Virus record (IMG/VR): IMGVR_UViG_3300045988_168162
Span: 82,781-146,780 of that record
Source of the DNA: a virus
Reading direction: 5' to 3' (one strand)
DNA length: 64,000 bases
Shown here: positions 35,249 through 45,929 of the stretch, piece by piece
How the letters are laid out: each line of letters starts with the position of its first letter
How positions within the stretch are numbered: position 1 is the stretch's first letter
Made by a program: the position numbers and the translations under genes
The notes under the pieces: generated by a model
Database searches by the model: none
What the model was told of the DNA's origin: nothing
What the model saw: the letters and a program-made list of their open reading frames with translations, nothing else

Positions 35249-36142
35249 ATGTTTTTTATGGGCAAATGTATTGCAGGTTATAAGCACAGCCTGGATAACA
35301 CCAGCGTGACGACCGATATTGTTGAGAACGTATCGATTGGCGGCGGCATTTTTGACCGGCTGTTTATCACACGCGCTGTTGCAGACCAGCCGACAGAGTT
35401 CCCCGGTTGGGACTACGATACGGTTATGGACGCACAGTTTAACGGTGACTTGATGGGCGGCAACATTGTTTACCAGATCGAGCAGATCTCGGCCGTGAGA
35501 ATCAAGCGCCGCAGAGCCGGCAAGCATGAATGGCTGACCTTGTTTGAGATCCCGGTGAAAAAAGAGGACGACCTGAAATTTGAAAAATACGATAAATACG
35601 CTGCCAGCGGTGTGAAATATGATTATGCCCTTGTGCCTGTGATTGATAATGTGGAAGGCTATATTAACCAGAACAGTATTACACCGAGTTTTAGCGGATG
35701 TTTCATTTTTGAGAAAGAAGACGGTTGTTCCTCTGACCTGGATATTACGAAGGGGACGATTACAAGAACAAGGCCGTCCAATGTGGTGACAACGCTGAGC
35801 GGCAAATACCCGTATGTGGTGAGCAACGCCAACACTGACTATGAGAGCGGACAGTTCAGCATGATGTTTATGCCGAAAGACTCTGACGGAGAATATACAA
35901 CTGAGAATGATTATATTTACCGTGAAGATATAAAAGCATTTTTGAATGATGGCAAGCCAAAGATCATGAAACTGAGTGATGGCCGTATCTGGATGATTGC
36001 TACCACGGATGGGCTGACTGAGGACAACGGTGAAGTTGAGCATTACGTACACCACAGCTTTAACTGGGTTGAGATCGGCGACCCGGAAAGTTCCAGCGAT
36101 TTGTACAACAATAACTTTATTGATGTGAATCTGGAGGGGTGA
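35249..36142 (+). CDS. Tail/baseplate structural protein
   Basis: GAGGAGGTG SD. Called on position. Confidence 0.5.
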   Translation: MFFMGKCIAGYKHSLDNTSVTTDIVENVSIGGGIFDRLFITRAVADQPTEFPGWDYDTVMDAQFNGDLMGGNIVYQIEQISAVRIKRRRAGKHEWLTLFEIPVKKEDDLKFEKYDKYAASGVKYDYALVPVIDNVEGYINQNSITPSFSGCFIFEKEDGCSSDLDITKGTITRTRPSNVVTTLSGKYPYVVSNANTDYESGQFSMMFMPKDSDGEYTTENDYIYREDIKAFLNDGKPKIMKLSDGRIWMIATTDGLTEDNGEVEHYVHHSFNWVEIGDPESSSDLYNNNFIDVNLEG

Positions 36143-36148
36143 TGTGCC

Positions 36149-37720
36149 ATGTATGATATACAGCAAACGGACATTGACCTTTTGCAGCAGCGTGTAAAAA
36201 CGATTTACACCAAGATCCAACTGCTGAACAACCAGATGACTGTTATTGACGAGATAGACGGTGCTTTTATTGACGGCAGTGTATCGATTGATTCCGGAAG
36301 TGATATACGGCGGACTTTTGATGGGACAATCCTTGTAAAGGATGAAAGTTATATGACGGCCGAGACTTCCCGCGTATGGCTGGACAAAAAGATCCGGGTA
36401 TATATTGGCTTTTTACATCAGCGCAGCGGCGAAGTATGCTGGTACACGCTGGGCGTTTATAACTTTTGTGACAACTCTTTTACCTATAATGCAACTACAC
36501 AAACACTGAAAATCAGTTGCCTGGATTTAATGAGCGGCCTGAATGGTGAGTTGGGAGGGACATTGATTGGTTCTGAGACACAGATACCGAAGGGCAGTGA
36601 TATACGCGATGCAATGGTAAAAACTGTGACGCAACTTGGTGGAGTGGGTAAATATAGGATTGGGTATCAGACAAGTGAAGTACCCTATGATATGAGTTGG
36701 GATACAGGCACAACGGTATGGGAGATACTGGAAGAATTGCGAGACCTGTATTACAGCTACGAAATGTTTTTTGATGAAGATACTTTTGTGTGCCAGCGTG
36801 TGCCCATGAACAACGAAGAGCCGCTTGTACTGACGGATGATGTTTTTGGAAAATTTGTTATCTCGGAAAGTTTGACGAACTCCTTTAGTGAAGTGAAGAA
36901 TGTGATTGAGGTTTGGGGGGAAACTACCAAAAGTAATTATTATTCTGACAGCTGCACATTTGAAAACGGCATTTACACTTTTAAGGTGACGGGCGCACAA
37001 ATCAAAGACAACAAGAAGTTCAGTTTTTTGGCGCCGGAGACAAATCCGGGTGAGTGCCAGATAAAGATCATAAATGTAGAGACTGATGCCAAGACTGGCA
37101 AAAAAAATGAAAAAGAATATGGCCCTTATAAGCTGTACCGTAGCGCCGTAGATGATACCGGTGAAGATGTTTTGCTGGAAGCCAAGACTATGGAGGCCAA
37201 GAAATACTATGTGGTAAAGCTGAAAAAAGAAAAGATGTATTTTGTTGGACAGACACAGGTGCATGCTATGGTGCGGTTGGTAAATGCCTTGCCTAGCGCG
37301 GAACAGGCCAAGAAGGATAAGGAAAATTTTGCCTGTGACAACCTTGGCTATGTGGTGAACCCGGAAAGCCCATTTACTATTGACAAAATAGGGGAGAGAA
37401 TCAAGGTTTGCAGCAGCGGTGACTATGAAAAGATTTACACGGATGAACTGGCTTTGCAGCGTGCGGAATATGAACTATATGTTGGCAGCCGCCTGACGGA
37501 TAGCATTAGCGTGGAGTGTATTTTGATACCATGGTTGGATGTAAACCAGAAGATTAGTTATAAGCCGCATATGACTACCTACAAAGAGCCGAACCAGTAC
37601 ATGATAAGCAGTTTGAGCTTTGACCTTACCAGTGGGACTATGACTGTAAAAATGGCCCACTTTTACCCGTATTACCCGAACACGGTACAGTTGGTGCCGA
37701 CGGTGACAGTGACAAGTTGA
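36149..37720 (+). CDS. Tail/baseplate structural protein (Tal-position)
   Basis: 523 aa. Called on position. Confidence 0.5.
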   Translation: MYDIQQTDIDLLQQRVKTIYTKIQLLNNQMTVIDEIDGAFIDGSVSIDSGSDIRRTFDGTILVKDESYMTAETSRVWLDKKIRVYIGFLHQRSGEVCWYTLGVYNFCDNSFTYNATTQTLKISCLDLMSGLNGELGGTLIGSETQIPKGSDIRDAMVKTVTQLGGVGKYRIGYQTSEVPYDMSWDTGTTVWEILEELRDLYYSYEMFFDEDTFVCQRVPMNNEEPLVLTDDVFGKFVISESLTNSFSEVKNVIEVWGETTKSNYYSDSCTFENGIYTFKVTGAQIKDNKKFSFLAPETNPGECQIKIINVETDAKTGKKNEKEYGPYKLYRSAVDDTGEDVLLEAKTMEAKKYYVVKLKKEKMYFVGQTQVHAMVRLVNALPSAEQAKKDKENFACDNLGYVVNPESPFTIDKIGERIKVCSSGDYEKIYTDELALQRAEYELYVGSRLTDSISVECILIPWLDVNQKISYKPHMTTYKEPNQYMISSLSFDLTSGTMTVKMAHFYPYYPNTVQLVPTVTVTS

Positions 37721-37733
37721 GAGGTGAGTACCT

Positions 37734-38051
37734 TTGAGCAAAACATATACAGACCTGCAAAACAATTTCCCGGACAGTGTGGATACGCTTGACAAGATGC
37801 AGGATTTGAATACAAGTACAAAAACAATGGCTGACCGCTATTATTCCATGGTGGAGGCCAACAATATTACAGGCGCTAACGAGTATCTGGTGCAGAACCC
37901 CTCGTTGGCACTTTCTGTTTTTAATGCCGACAAATACAATAAACTGCGAGATGCGATCGTATCTGTGGAGCGCTTTTTCTATGATGAGGTGAAGCTATAT
38001 ATTGGCGATAAGCATGAGCAGTACGAGTCCATTGACGGCGGGGCTTATTGA
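37734..38051 (+). CDS. Hypothetical tail protein
   Basis: TTG start after GAGAGGTGAG. Confidence 0.45.
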   Translation: MSKTYTDLQNNFPDSVDTLDKMQDLNTSTKTMADRYYSMVEANNITGANEYLVQNPSLALSVFNADKYNKLRDAIVSVERFFYDEVKLYIGDKHEQYESIDGGAY

Positions 38052-38066
38052 TAGGGGAGAAGCGTT

Positions 38067-38597
38067 ATGGGAATTAAATTTAAAAGACAAGGTGGCGGCT
38101 CGACCAACTATAACTCAGCCAAAGCGCCTACAAGTTTGAATTATGGCGAGCCTGCCGTTGACAGTGAAGGCCGCATTTATGTTGGCAATGGACAGCGCCA
38201 GGTAGTGAGCCGCGTAAAAATTGCCGACAGCTGTACCAATGCGACCAGTGCTACGACTGCGGTGCGAGCCACGAATGCCAGTAATGCCGACCGGGCAAAA
38301 TTCGATTTGCCGCTGTACCATGCTTATCTTTCGGCGTCCAGCTGGAGCAATTATGGGAGTTATTATACACAGTCTCCCAGTTGTTACGCAGAGAGCGGCG
38401 GTCCTAGTATGACATCCGACATGCAGTTGAGCCCGCCTATGACGCAGGGCACAGGGGTGCAATCCACAGACGAATCGCTAATGGAAACGCTAAACATTAT
38501 CAATGCGGGAACGACTACGCCCGGTTACGGAAGAATTACCGTAAAGGTTTGGGAAAAACCGGAGACAGACATTACTGTGTATTATTACGCACGATAA
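38067..38597 (+). CDS. Short fibre-like protein
   Basis: The C-terminal roughly 90 aa are paralogous to the C-terminus of the 51869 gene (..LNIINAG..VYYYAR). Confidence 0.5.
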   Translation: MGIKFKRQGGGSTNYNSAKAPTSLNYGEPAVDSEGRIYVGNGQRQVVSRVKIADSCTNATSATTAVRATNASNADRAKFDLPLYHAYLSASSWSNYGSYYTQSPSCYAESGGPSMTSDMQLSPPMTQGTGVQSTDESLMETLNIINAGTTTPGYGRITVKVWEKPETDITVYYYAR

Positions 38598-38624
38598 ACT
38601 GACAAAATAGGAGGTGAAGCTAAA

Positions 38625-41600
38625 TTGGCAATATCCTTTGAAGAATCCAGAAAGAAATTTGAGAGCGCAATAGCGAACGAAGCTGCCGAACCGGCAATGC
38701 TTGCCTCCTTTGAGGAAGTAGAAGCAGTGGCAGCGGAACCTGTTATGCAGGCCGTTGTTGGAGACGATTTCACCCGCAGCGACAAATATAAATGGTATGA
38801 CCAGTATGAGGACAGTGCATACTCGACCATTGATAAGCTGAAAAACATCAAGATGGACGACAACCAGATCAACCTGACACAGGAAGATAACAGCCAGTTT
38901 ATCCCGTTTGAGATGCCGCGCTACTATGATGGCGTTGACCTGATGCAGATGCTGATCCAGGTACATTATGTTAACAAGGAAAACCAGGACGGCATTGCCA
39001 CGCCGGTAAATGTTACATACAGTGTGGACAAGATCCACTTTAACTGGTTGGTCGACAAGAACGTGACCAATGTTGAGGGTGAAGTCGATTTTGAAATCAC
39101 GGCTACCGGTTCTAACGAAAAGAACGAATCTTATCTGTGGAAGAGCCGCCCGAATGGCAAGCTGAATATTTTGAAGTCCTTGGCCGGCAATGGTGTGATT
39201 AAGCCGAGCGACGACTGGTACACCGGTTTTGTGCAGCTAATGGACGAGAAGGTTTCGGAAGCTACCAAACAGGCACAGGCTGCTGCCCAGAGTGCCACCG
39301 AGGCCAAGACGGCTGTTGCAAATGTGGACAGCAAGATTTCCAGCGCTGCTGCCGGTATCAAGCATGAGCTGCAGGCCGACCTGGATGCGAACTATGCCAA
39401 GAAAACAGAGCTTGACACGCTGAAAAACAAGGTGGATAACCTGAATGGCCTGGCCGATTTTGATGTGACCTTTAACAATGACACGAAGGAAATGACTTTC
39501 CTGAATGGCAGTGAGGAAATTAAAAAGGTCGCGATCGACACCAGCCCTTCCGCTGAATGGGTGACTGCTTACGGCAAGACAGTAGACAGCAAAGTTTCTG
39601 CCGCCGTTACGCCTGTGCAGACGGAGTTGACCGAGTACAAGACCGCCAATGACAAGGCTGTAAAGGATTTGCAGGACAGTGTTGGCAATCTGCCGGAGAC
39701 GCTGAAAACTTCTTATTATAATAAGGAAGCCACTGATAAGCTGCTGAAGGAAAAGGCGGATGCCTCTGTTATTGACGGTATTCGCAACGATGTTACGCAG
39801 GCAAAGAATAATGTAGCTGATATGCAGGGCACGGTGGACAGCCTGAATACTGCTGTTGGCGAAATTCAGGGCAAGCTGGATGACATTGGCAAGAATGCCG
39901 GGCATGAGTATGACATTACCTACGAGGACAGTAAACTGACACTTATGGAGGATGGCACGCCGAAGACGCAGGTGACGATTGTTGGCGGTGGTGGCGGTGG
40001 CCCTGCTGCGGGCAGCACGATTACGATCGAGCGTATCGGCGAGTCTGCAATTACGGCTGTTGCCGGTGACCCTGTTGTGGTCAAGTTCCGGTTCACGAGT
40101 GTGGACAGTGCGGGCGATGATACAGGCAATGCGACAGGCACATGGTATGTTGGCAATACAAAGGTTGCTACCCAGACCATTATGCAGGGCGAAAACAGCT
40201 TTGACATCACGAAGTATCTGCACAGCGGTGAGAACCAGATCCGTTTGACAGTTGTAGACAGCATGGATACGACAGGTTCCAAGAAGTGGAGTGCCAATGT
40301 CGTTGATTTCTATCTGGAATCCACCTTTGATGACAGCCTTTTCTATAGTGGCGAGGTCACGGTGCGCTATACACCGTATGGCAGCGTTGAGAAGAAGATT
40401 GATTTTGCGCTGGACGGTAAGTCGATTGGTGGCACGACTACCAGTGTGACTGGCCGACAGATGACCTATTCTATTCCTGTGCAGAAGCACGGCAGTCACC
40501 TGTTGGAAATCAGCATGACGGCGGAGATCAACAGCAAGACCGTTAAGTCCAATGTCATCAAGAAGGACATTATGTGGGTGGCTGAGGGCGAGACTGCACC
40601 CATTATCAGCTGTGCTGTGAGAGATTACGAGACGAAACAGTACAACAAGGTGTCCATTGAGTACACCGTATACGACCCTGCGTCCAGCACGAGCACTGTA
40701 AAGCTGGCTGTGGACGGCGTGACCGAGTCTACCCTGACTGTTGGGCGCACAAAGCAGATCTGGAGCTTTAAGAGCGCGAACAAGGGCAAGCATACGCTGA
40801 CGATCACTTGCGGCGAGACCGTAAAGACGATCAGTGTGAATGTGGTTGACCTTGGCGTTGTAATCGAGCCTGTTACTACGAACCTAGCCTTTGATTTTAA
40901 CCCAAGCGGTAAGACCAACGCCAGTGCAGACCGGCTTTGGACCGATGGCCAGACTAGCCTGAGTGTAAGCGATAACTTTGACTGGAGCAATGGCGGCTAC
41001 CAGATCGACAGTGACGGCGATACCTATTTCTGCGTAAAAGCGGGCACCAAAGCCACGATCGATTATAAGCTTTTTGCCGATGACGCGAAGAAACTTGGCA
41101 AGAACTTTAAGATGATTTTTAAGACCACCAACGTGCGGGACTATAATGCTACGGCGCTGACTTGCCTGAACGGTGGTATTGGCCTGAATGTGCAGGCCCA
41201 GAAAGTTGCACTGACCAGTGAGCAGAACAGTATTGAACTGCCCACATGCGAAGACGACTTTATGGAATTTGAGCTGAATATTCTGCCGGATAGCCAGTAC
41301 CGCGAGATGGTGCTGTGGCTGGATGGCATCCCATGCCGTGTACAGCTGTATGAATCCAGTGACAGCTTTACGCAGGCAAACCCGGTTGGCATCACGATTG
41401 GTTCTGACGATTGCGATGTGTTGATATATCGCATGAAGAGCTATATGATGAACCTGACTGACGATGAGATCCTGGACAACTTTATTGCAGACGCCAAGAA
41501 CGCTGACGAGATGATCGAGCGGTACAACCGCAACAACATCACGGATGCAAGCGGTGAGCTGAACCCGGACATTCTGGCGGAGCGCTGCCCCGACCTGCGT

Positions 41601-44600
41601 GTTATCAAGATCAGTGCTCCTACCTTTACTACCGGTAAGAAAAACGAAGTTGCAAACACTGTTATCCAGCAGATCTACAAGAACGGACGCGCCGTTGAGG
41701 ACAACTGGACGGCCAACGGTTCCCACAAGGGACAGGGCACAAGCTCTGACCACTATGGCGAATCTGCGCGTAACATCGACATTAACTGTAAGGGCGGCTT
41801 TACCTTTGGCGATGAAAGCACCGGCTCTGTGTATGCGCTGACGGAAAACAGTGTGGCGGAGAATTACTTTAACATTAAGGTCAATGTTGCATCGTCTGAA
41901 AATGCAAACAACGCACTGCTGGCAGATGATTTCAACGAGTTTAACCCGTACATTCGACAGGCACGCAAGGATAACCCGAAGGTGCGCGACACGATGGCTT
42001 TCTACCCGTGTGTTGTTTTTGTGCAGGAGACGGATATTGAGAACAGCACCGTGTTCCATGACGGTAAGTGGCATTTCTATGCCTGCGGTGACATCGGCAA
42101 TTCTAAGAAAAACAGCAATACAATGGGTATGGACCCGGATAATCATAAGGAAGTTATCATCGAGATTGACAACAATACCGATGAGCAGACTCGATTCCTG
42201 AGCGGCGATTTCTCGCAGGAGACTTGGGACGGTGACCACAGCTTTGAGTTCCGCTACATCAATAAGGCTTGCACCGAAGAGGAAGTACAGGCTGCGAAGG
42301 ATGCGTGGATTCGCGTGCAGAACTGGGTCGTGAATGCGAGTGACGAGGAGTTTAAGGCGCACTTTGAGGACTATTTTGTCATGGACTCTGCGCTGTATCA
42401 CTACTTGTTTACAGAGCGCCACACCATGGTCGATAACCGTGCAAAGAATGTGTTCCCGCATACGAGTGACCTTATCCATTGGGATTTCTGCTTTGACTAC
42501 GACAACGATACCGCGCAGGGCAACGACAACGAGGGCGGACTGACCTTGAGTTACGGCTACGAGGATACGGACACCATCGGCACTAAGAGCGTGTTCAATG
42601 CCAGCGATTCCAAGCTGTGGTGTAAGATCCGCGACTTGTTCCCTGACAAGCTGGCGGCTATGTTCCGTGACCGTGAAAACGCATTGGCATGGAGTGCATC
42701 CCGTATCCTGAAGAAATTTGAGGATTATCAGAATGTAAAGCCGGAGCGCCTGTGGGTCATGGATATGCGGCGCAAATATTTCCGCACTTACGAGGAAAAT
42801 GGTACGACCAGCTATCTGCCCATGATGCACGGCAACAAGCGCCATCAGCGCCGTCAGTTCCAGAAGTATCAGGAAAAGTATATGGCCTCCAAGTACAGCG
42901 GCAGTGCTGCAACCAGCGATGATATGACGATTCGCGGTTATACGCCTGTGAACTGGACCGGTGTGAAGCCTGACGGTACATTCCATATCGTGCCGTATGC
43001 CGATACTTATGTGAGTGTGTTGTATGGCTCTAACCCTGTGAAGGTGCGCGGCAAACGTGGCCAGACCTATGAGATCAAGTGCCCGATTGCAGCCATGAAC
43101 GATACCGAGGTCTATGTTTATAATGCAAGCCTGATCCGCAGCATTGGTGATATTTCCGGTTTCTACCCCGGCTATGTTGACTTTAGCCATGGAGTGAAGC
43201 TAACTGACCTGCAGATTGGCTCCGGCGTGGAAGGCTACAGCAATACGAACTTGACCGACTTTGCAGTTGGTAACAATACGCTGCTGGAGCACCTGAACCT
43301 GCAGAATGTGCCGAAGCTGCAAAAATCTATCAGCCTGGCGGGTTGTACGAATCTGACCGAGTTCCTGGCAGATGGCAGCGGTATCACCGGCGTTGTGTTT
43401 GCTATGGGCGGCAAGATTAAGAAAGCTACGCTGCCCGGCATTGCAAGCCTGACGGCCAAGAACCTGAATTACCTTACGGATTTGACGATCAGTGACTACA
43501 GCAAGATCACAACTTTGGTGGCCGAGAACTGCCCGACCATTGACCTGGTAGAGATGCTGGGTAAATGCACCGGCCTGAACCGTGTGCGCATTACCGGCGT
43601 GGATTGGCACCTGGAGAATACCAGCCTGCTGAATAAGTTGCTGGCTATGACCGGCCTGGATGAGAACGGCTACAATGCTGAACATTCTGTACTGGCCGGT
43701 AAGATCAATGTGCCTGTGCTGCGTGAAAAGGAACTGGAGATCTTTAACGAGCAGTGGCCTGACCTAAAGCTGACCTATAACACGCTGATCAATACTTTTG
43801 CATGGACTTTTGTGAACAAGGACGGTAAGGTTCTGGATGTCCAGTACGTGGACAAGGGCGGCAAAGCTGTTGACCCTGTGACCCGTGCGGACAATCCTAT
43901 CCCGACACCTACCTTGGAAAGCACCATCAGCACTGATTTTACTTTTAGCGGCTGGGATACTGAGTTTACGCCTGCCTTTAGCAATATGACCGTTACGGCT
44001 GTGTATACCGAGAGCGTGCGCAAGTACACTGTGCGTTACATGAACCGTGGCATTGTGATGCAGAGCACTGTGGCCCCGTATGGCACGACCGTGCTGTATA
44101 CCGGCGAGACACCGACCTATACCGGTGAGGAAAGCGCTTATAAATTCTACTTTTTCAGCGGCTGGGATAAAGGCGGCTATGTGACCGGCGACAAGGACAT
44201 CAATGCCGTATATGACAGTTTTGAATACACGAGCGGATGCTTTGACGGCAAGGAAATTGGCGACATGAAGCCTGTGGAGATCTATGCTATGACGAAAGTT
44301 GGTGTAGAATCCAGCGTTGTTACGGATAAAGACCAGGTACAGATCACCTTTGGCTCTGACTTTAGCTACGACGACATCAAGGAAAATGTGCTTGTGAAGA
44401 GTCCGATTGAGTTTACGGGCAAGAATTACCTGGATACTGGTGTGAAGCTGCTGGATGAAGACCGGGATTTTGTGCTGGCAATAGATTATATGATGGCGGC
44501 TACTACTACAGCGAACTCTGTACTGGCACAGTGCTACCAGCAGAATGGCATGAATGGTTTCCGGCTGTGGTACAACAATGGTGTTAAAGCAGCCTGGGGC

Positions 44601-45458
44601 ACCAGTTCCAGCAAAGAAAGCGCTGCCAGCACAGGAGCGCGTGAAATGCTTGTTATCCGCCATGTGAAGGGCGACAACAATTTGTACATATACACCTCTA
44701 ATATTAGCGGTGTTGATATAGGTTACGAAAACCTGCAGAGAGACCGCACTACAAAGACGGATGCCACACTGGTATTTGGATGCAGTAAGGCTGATGACGG
44801 AGCGTTCGAGAACCATGCTGTAGGCAGTGTGTACTGGTCAAAGATCTGGTTTGCAGACCTTGGCGATGCTGCATGCCGTGAACTGGCCAGCTGGACGCAT
44901 GAAACACGTACTTATGAGGTGGCTGGCTTTAAACGGTATTACCTGAGCGACAATACATCGAAGCGCTGCTCTATCACATTGCTTGATACTGTTTTGTTGG
45001 GCGGAAAAATGCAGATGGACAAAGACTACAACAACAATGGAGGCTGGGCGAAACCCACCACATTGAACACCTATTTGAATAGCCGCTTATACAAGGCACT
45101 GCCGATTGGCTGGAGACAGCTGATCAAGAAGGTGCAGATCCCCGGCAGCATTGGTGGTGGAAAAACTGACATTGCAACATCGGACTGCTATTTTGCTGTG
45201 CCGAGTATTATTGAGGTTTATCCGACACAGAACTATGAGCCTTACATTTACGAAGGCACCGGTATCAGCTTTATGACGACTAATGAAAGCCGTAAATGCA
45301 AAGACCAGAATGGTGTATATCAGATGTATTGGACAAGATCTCCGTTTGTGTATAACAACTATTCGAGCTATTATATTGCAATCAATGCTGACGGTGATAT
45401 GTCTAATTACGAGACACCGAATACGTCTTACAGTGTCCGCGATATGTTCAGCATTTAA
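38625..45458 (+). CDS. Giant mosaic tail fibre/receptor-binding protein (2277 aa)
   Basis: TTG start after AGGAGGTGA. BppU_N-like N-terminus (FEMPRYYDGVDL..), coiled coil, Ig-like region, CotH-like region, LRR, Listeria-Bacteroides repeat, LamG-like and DUF6273-like end. Confidence 0.75.
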   Translation: MAISFEESRKKFESAIANEAAEPAMLASFEEVEAVAAEPVMQAVVGDDFTRSDKYKWYDQYEDSAYSTIDKLKNIKMDDNQINLTQEDNSQFIPFEMPRYYDGVDLMQMLIQVHYVNKENQDGIATPVNVTYSVDKIHFNWLVDKNVTNVEGEVDFEITATGSNEKNESYLWKSRPNGKLNILKSLAGNGVIKPSDDWYTGFVQLMDEKVSEATKQAQAAAQSATEAKTAVANVDSKISSAAAGIKHELQADLDANYAKKTELDTLKNKVDNLNGLADFDVTFNNDTKEMTFLNGSEEIKKVAIDTSPSAEWVTAYGKTVDSKVSAAVTPVQTELTEYKTANDKAVKDLQDSVGNLPETLKTSYYNKEATDKLLKEKADASVIDGIRNDVTQAKNNVADMQGTVDSLNTAVGEIQGKLDDIGKNAGHEYDITYEDSKLTLMEDGTPKTQVTIVGGGGGGPAAGSTITIERIGESAITAVAGDPVVVKFRFTSVDSAGDDTGNATGTWYVGNTKVATQTIMQGENSFDITKYLHSGENQIRLTVVDSMDTTGSKKWSANVVDFYLESTFDDSLFYSGEVTVRYTPYGSVEKKIDFALDGKSIGGTTTSVTGRQMTYSIPVQKHGSHLLEISMTAEINSKTVKSNVIKKDIMWVAEGETAPIISCAVRDYETKQYNKVSIEYTVYDPASSTSTVKLAVDGVTESTLTVGRTKQIWSFKSANKGKHTLTITCGETVKTISVNVVDLGVVIEPVTTNLAFDFNPSGKTNASADRLWTDGQTSLSVSDNFDWSNGGYQIDSDGDTYFCVKAGTKATIDYKLFADDAKKLGKNFKMIFKTTNVRDYNATALTCLNGGIGLNVQAQKVALTSEQNSIELPTCEDDFMEFELNILPDSQYREMVLWLDGIPCRVQLYESSDSFTQANPVGITIGSDDCDVLIYRMKSYMMNLTDDEILDNFIADAKNADEMIERYNRNNITDASGELNPDILAERCPDLRVIKISAPTFTTGKKNEVANTVIQQIYKNGRAVEDNWTANGSHKGQGTSSDHYGESARNIDINCKGGFTFGDESTGSVYALTENSVAENYFNIKVNVASSENANNALLADDFNEFNPYIRQARKDNPKVRDTMAFYPCVVFVQETDIENSTVFHDGKWHFYACGDIGNSKKNSNTMGMDPDNHKEVIIEIDNNTDEQTRFLSGDFSQETWDGDHSFEFRYINKACTEEEVQAAKDAWIRVQNWVVNASDEEFKAHFEDYFVMDSALYHYLFTERHTMVDNRAKNVFPHTSDLIHWDFCFDYDNDTAQGNDNEGGLTLSYGYEDTDTIGTKSVFNASDSKLWCKIRDLFPDKLAAMFRDRENALAWSASRILKKFEDYQNVKPERLWVMDMRRKYFRTYEENGTTSYLPMMHGNKRHQRRQFQKYQEKYMASKYSGSAATSDDMTIRGYTPVNWTGVKPDGTFHIVPYADTYVSVLYGSNPVKVRGKRGQTYEIKCPIAAMNDTEVYVYNASLIRSIGDISGFYPGYVDFSHGVKLTDLQIGSGVEGYSNTNLTDFAVGNNTLLEHLNLQNVPKLQKSISLAGCTNLTEFLADGSGITGVVFAMGGKIKKATLPGIASLTAKNLNYLTDLTISDYSKITTLVAENCPTIDLVEMLGKCTGLNRVRITGVDWHLENTSLLNKLLAMTGLDENGYNAEHSVLAGKINVPVLREKELEIFNEQWPDLKLTYNTLINTFAWTFVNKDGKVLDVQYVDKGGKAVDPVTRADNPIPTPTLESTISTDFTFSGWDTEFTPAFSNMTVTAVYTESVRKYTVRYMNRGIVMQSTVAPYGTTVLYTGETPTYTGEESAYKFYFFSGWDKGGYVTGDKDINAVYDSFEYTSGCFDGKEIGDMKPVEIYAMTKVGVESSVVTDKDQVQITFGSDFSYDDIKENVLVKSPIEFTGKNYLDTGVKLLDEDRDFVLAIDYMMAATTTANSVLAQCYQQNGMNGFRLWYNNGVKAAWGTSSSKESAASTGAREMLVIRHVKGDNNLYIYTSNISGVDIGYENLQRDRTTKTDATLVFGCSKADDGAFENHAVGSVYWSKIWFADLGDAACRELASWTHETRTYEVAGFKRYYLSDNTSKRCSITLLDTVLLGGKMQMDKDYNNNGGWAKPTTLNTYLNSRLYKALPIGWRQLIKKVQIPGSIGGGKTDIATSDCYFAVPSIIEVYPTQNYEPYIYEGTGISFMTTNESRKCKDQNGVYQMYWTRSPFVYNNYSSYYIAINADGDMSNYETPNTSYSVRDMFSI

Positions 45459-45471
45459 GGGTGGTGATTGA

Positions 45472-45786
45472 GTGTTTTACAAAGTTATGTATAATGGCCG
45501 CGTGATTGATGTGCTCGATCACTTGACCTATGTAAAGTATCAGCCAAAACATAAAGTAATGGTCCTGTGCGCCGTAGATGATGCACAGGGCTTTATTTCT
45601 TCTGACGGAAATACCATCTGGCACACACAGGATTTGTACAAGATTCCTGTGGACGGTTTTGACACCGTGGAACTGATACCAATTGATACCTATGAGTATC
45701 AGCAGTTGAAGGCACTGGGCGGCAAGACGCCGGAAGAAATTATAGATGCTTACACTTTGACCTTGCTGGAAGGGGGCGTGCTGTGA
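45472..45786 (+). CDS. Hypothetical protein in the XkdW position
   Basis: GTG start after GGTGGTGA. Lies directly upstream of an XkdX-like gene. Confidence 0.4.
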   Translation: MFYKVMYNGRVIDVLDHLTYVKYQPKHKVMVLCAVDDAQGFISSDGNTIWHTQDLYKIPVDGFDTVELIPIDTYEYQQLKALGGKTPEEIIDAYTLTLLEGGVL

Positions 45787-45929
45787 TGGAAGTGACCCCG
45801 TTTGTGGCGAGTTTAAGCCGCCTGTATAAGGGTGGCCGCATTGGCACTGCCACCATTCTGGCACTGAAAGAGGCTGGGAAAATTAGTGAGGATGAGTACC
45901 GGCTGATTATTAAAACGAAAGGAGTGTGA
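45786..45929 (+). CDS. xkdX: XkdX-family small protein, second copy
   Basis: 47 aa, MEVTPFVASLSRLYKGGRIGTATILALKEAGKISEDEYRLIIKTKGV. Not in the ORF track. Confidence 0.6.
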   Translation: MEVTPFVASLSRLYKGGRIGTATILALKEAGKISEDEYRLIIKTKGV

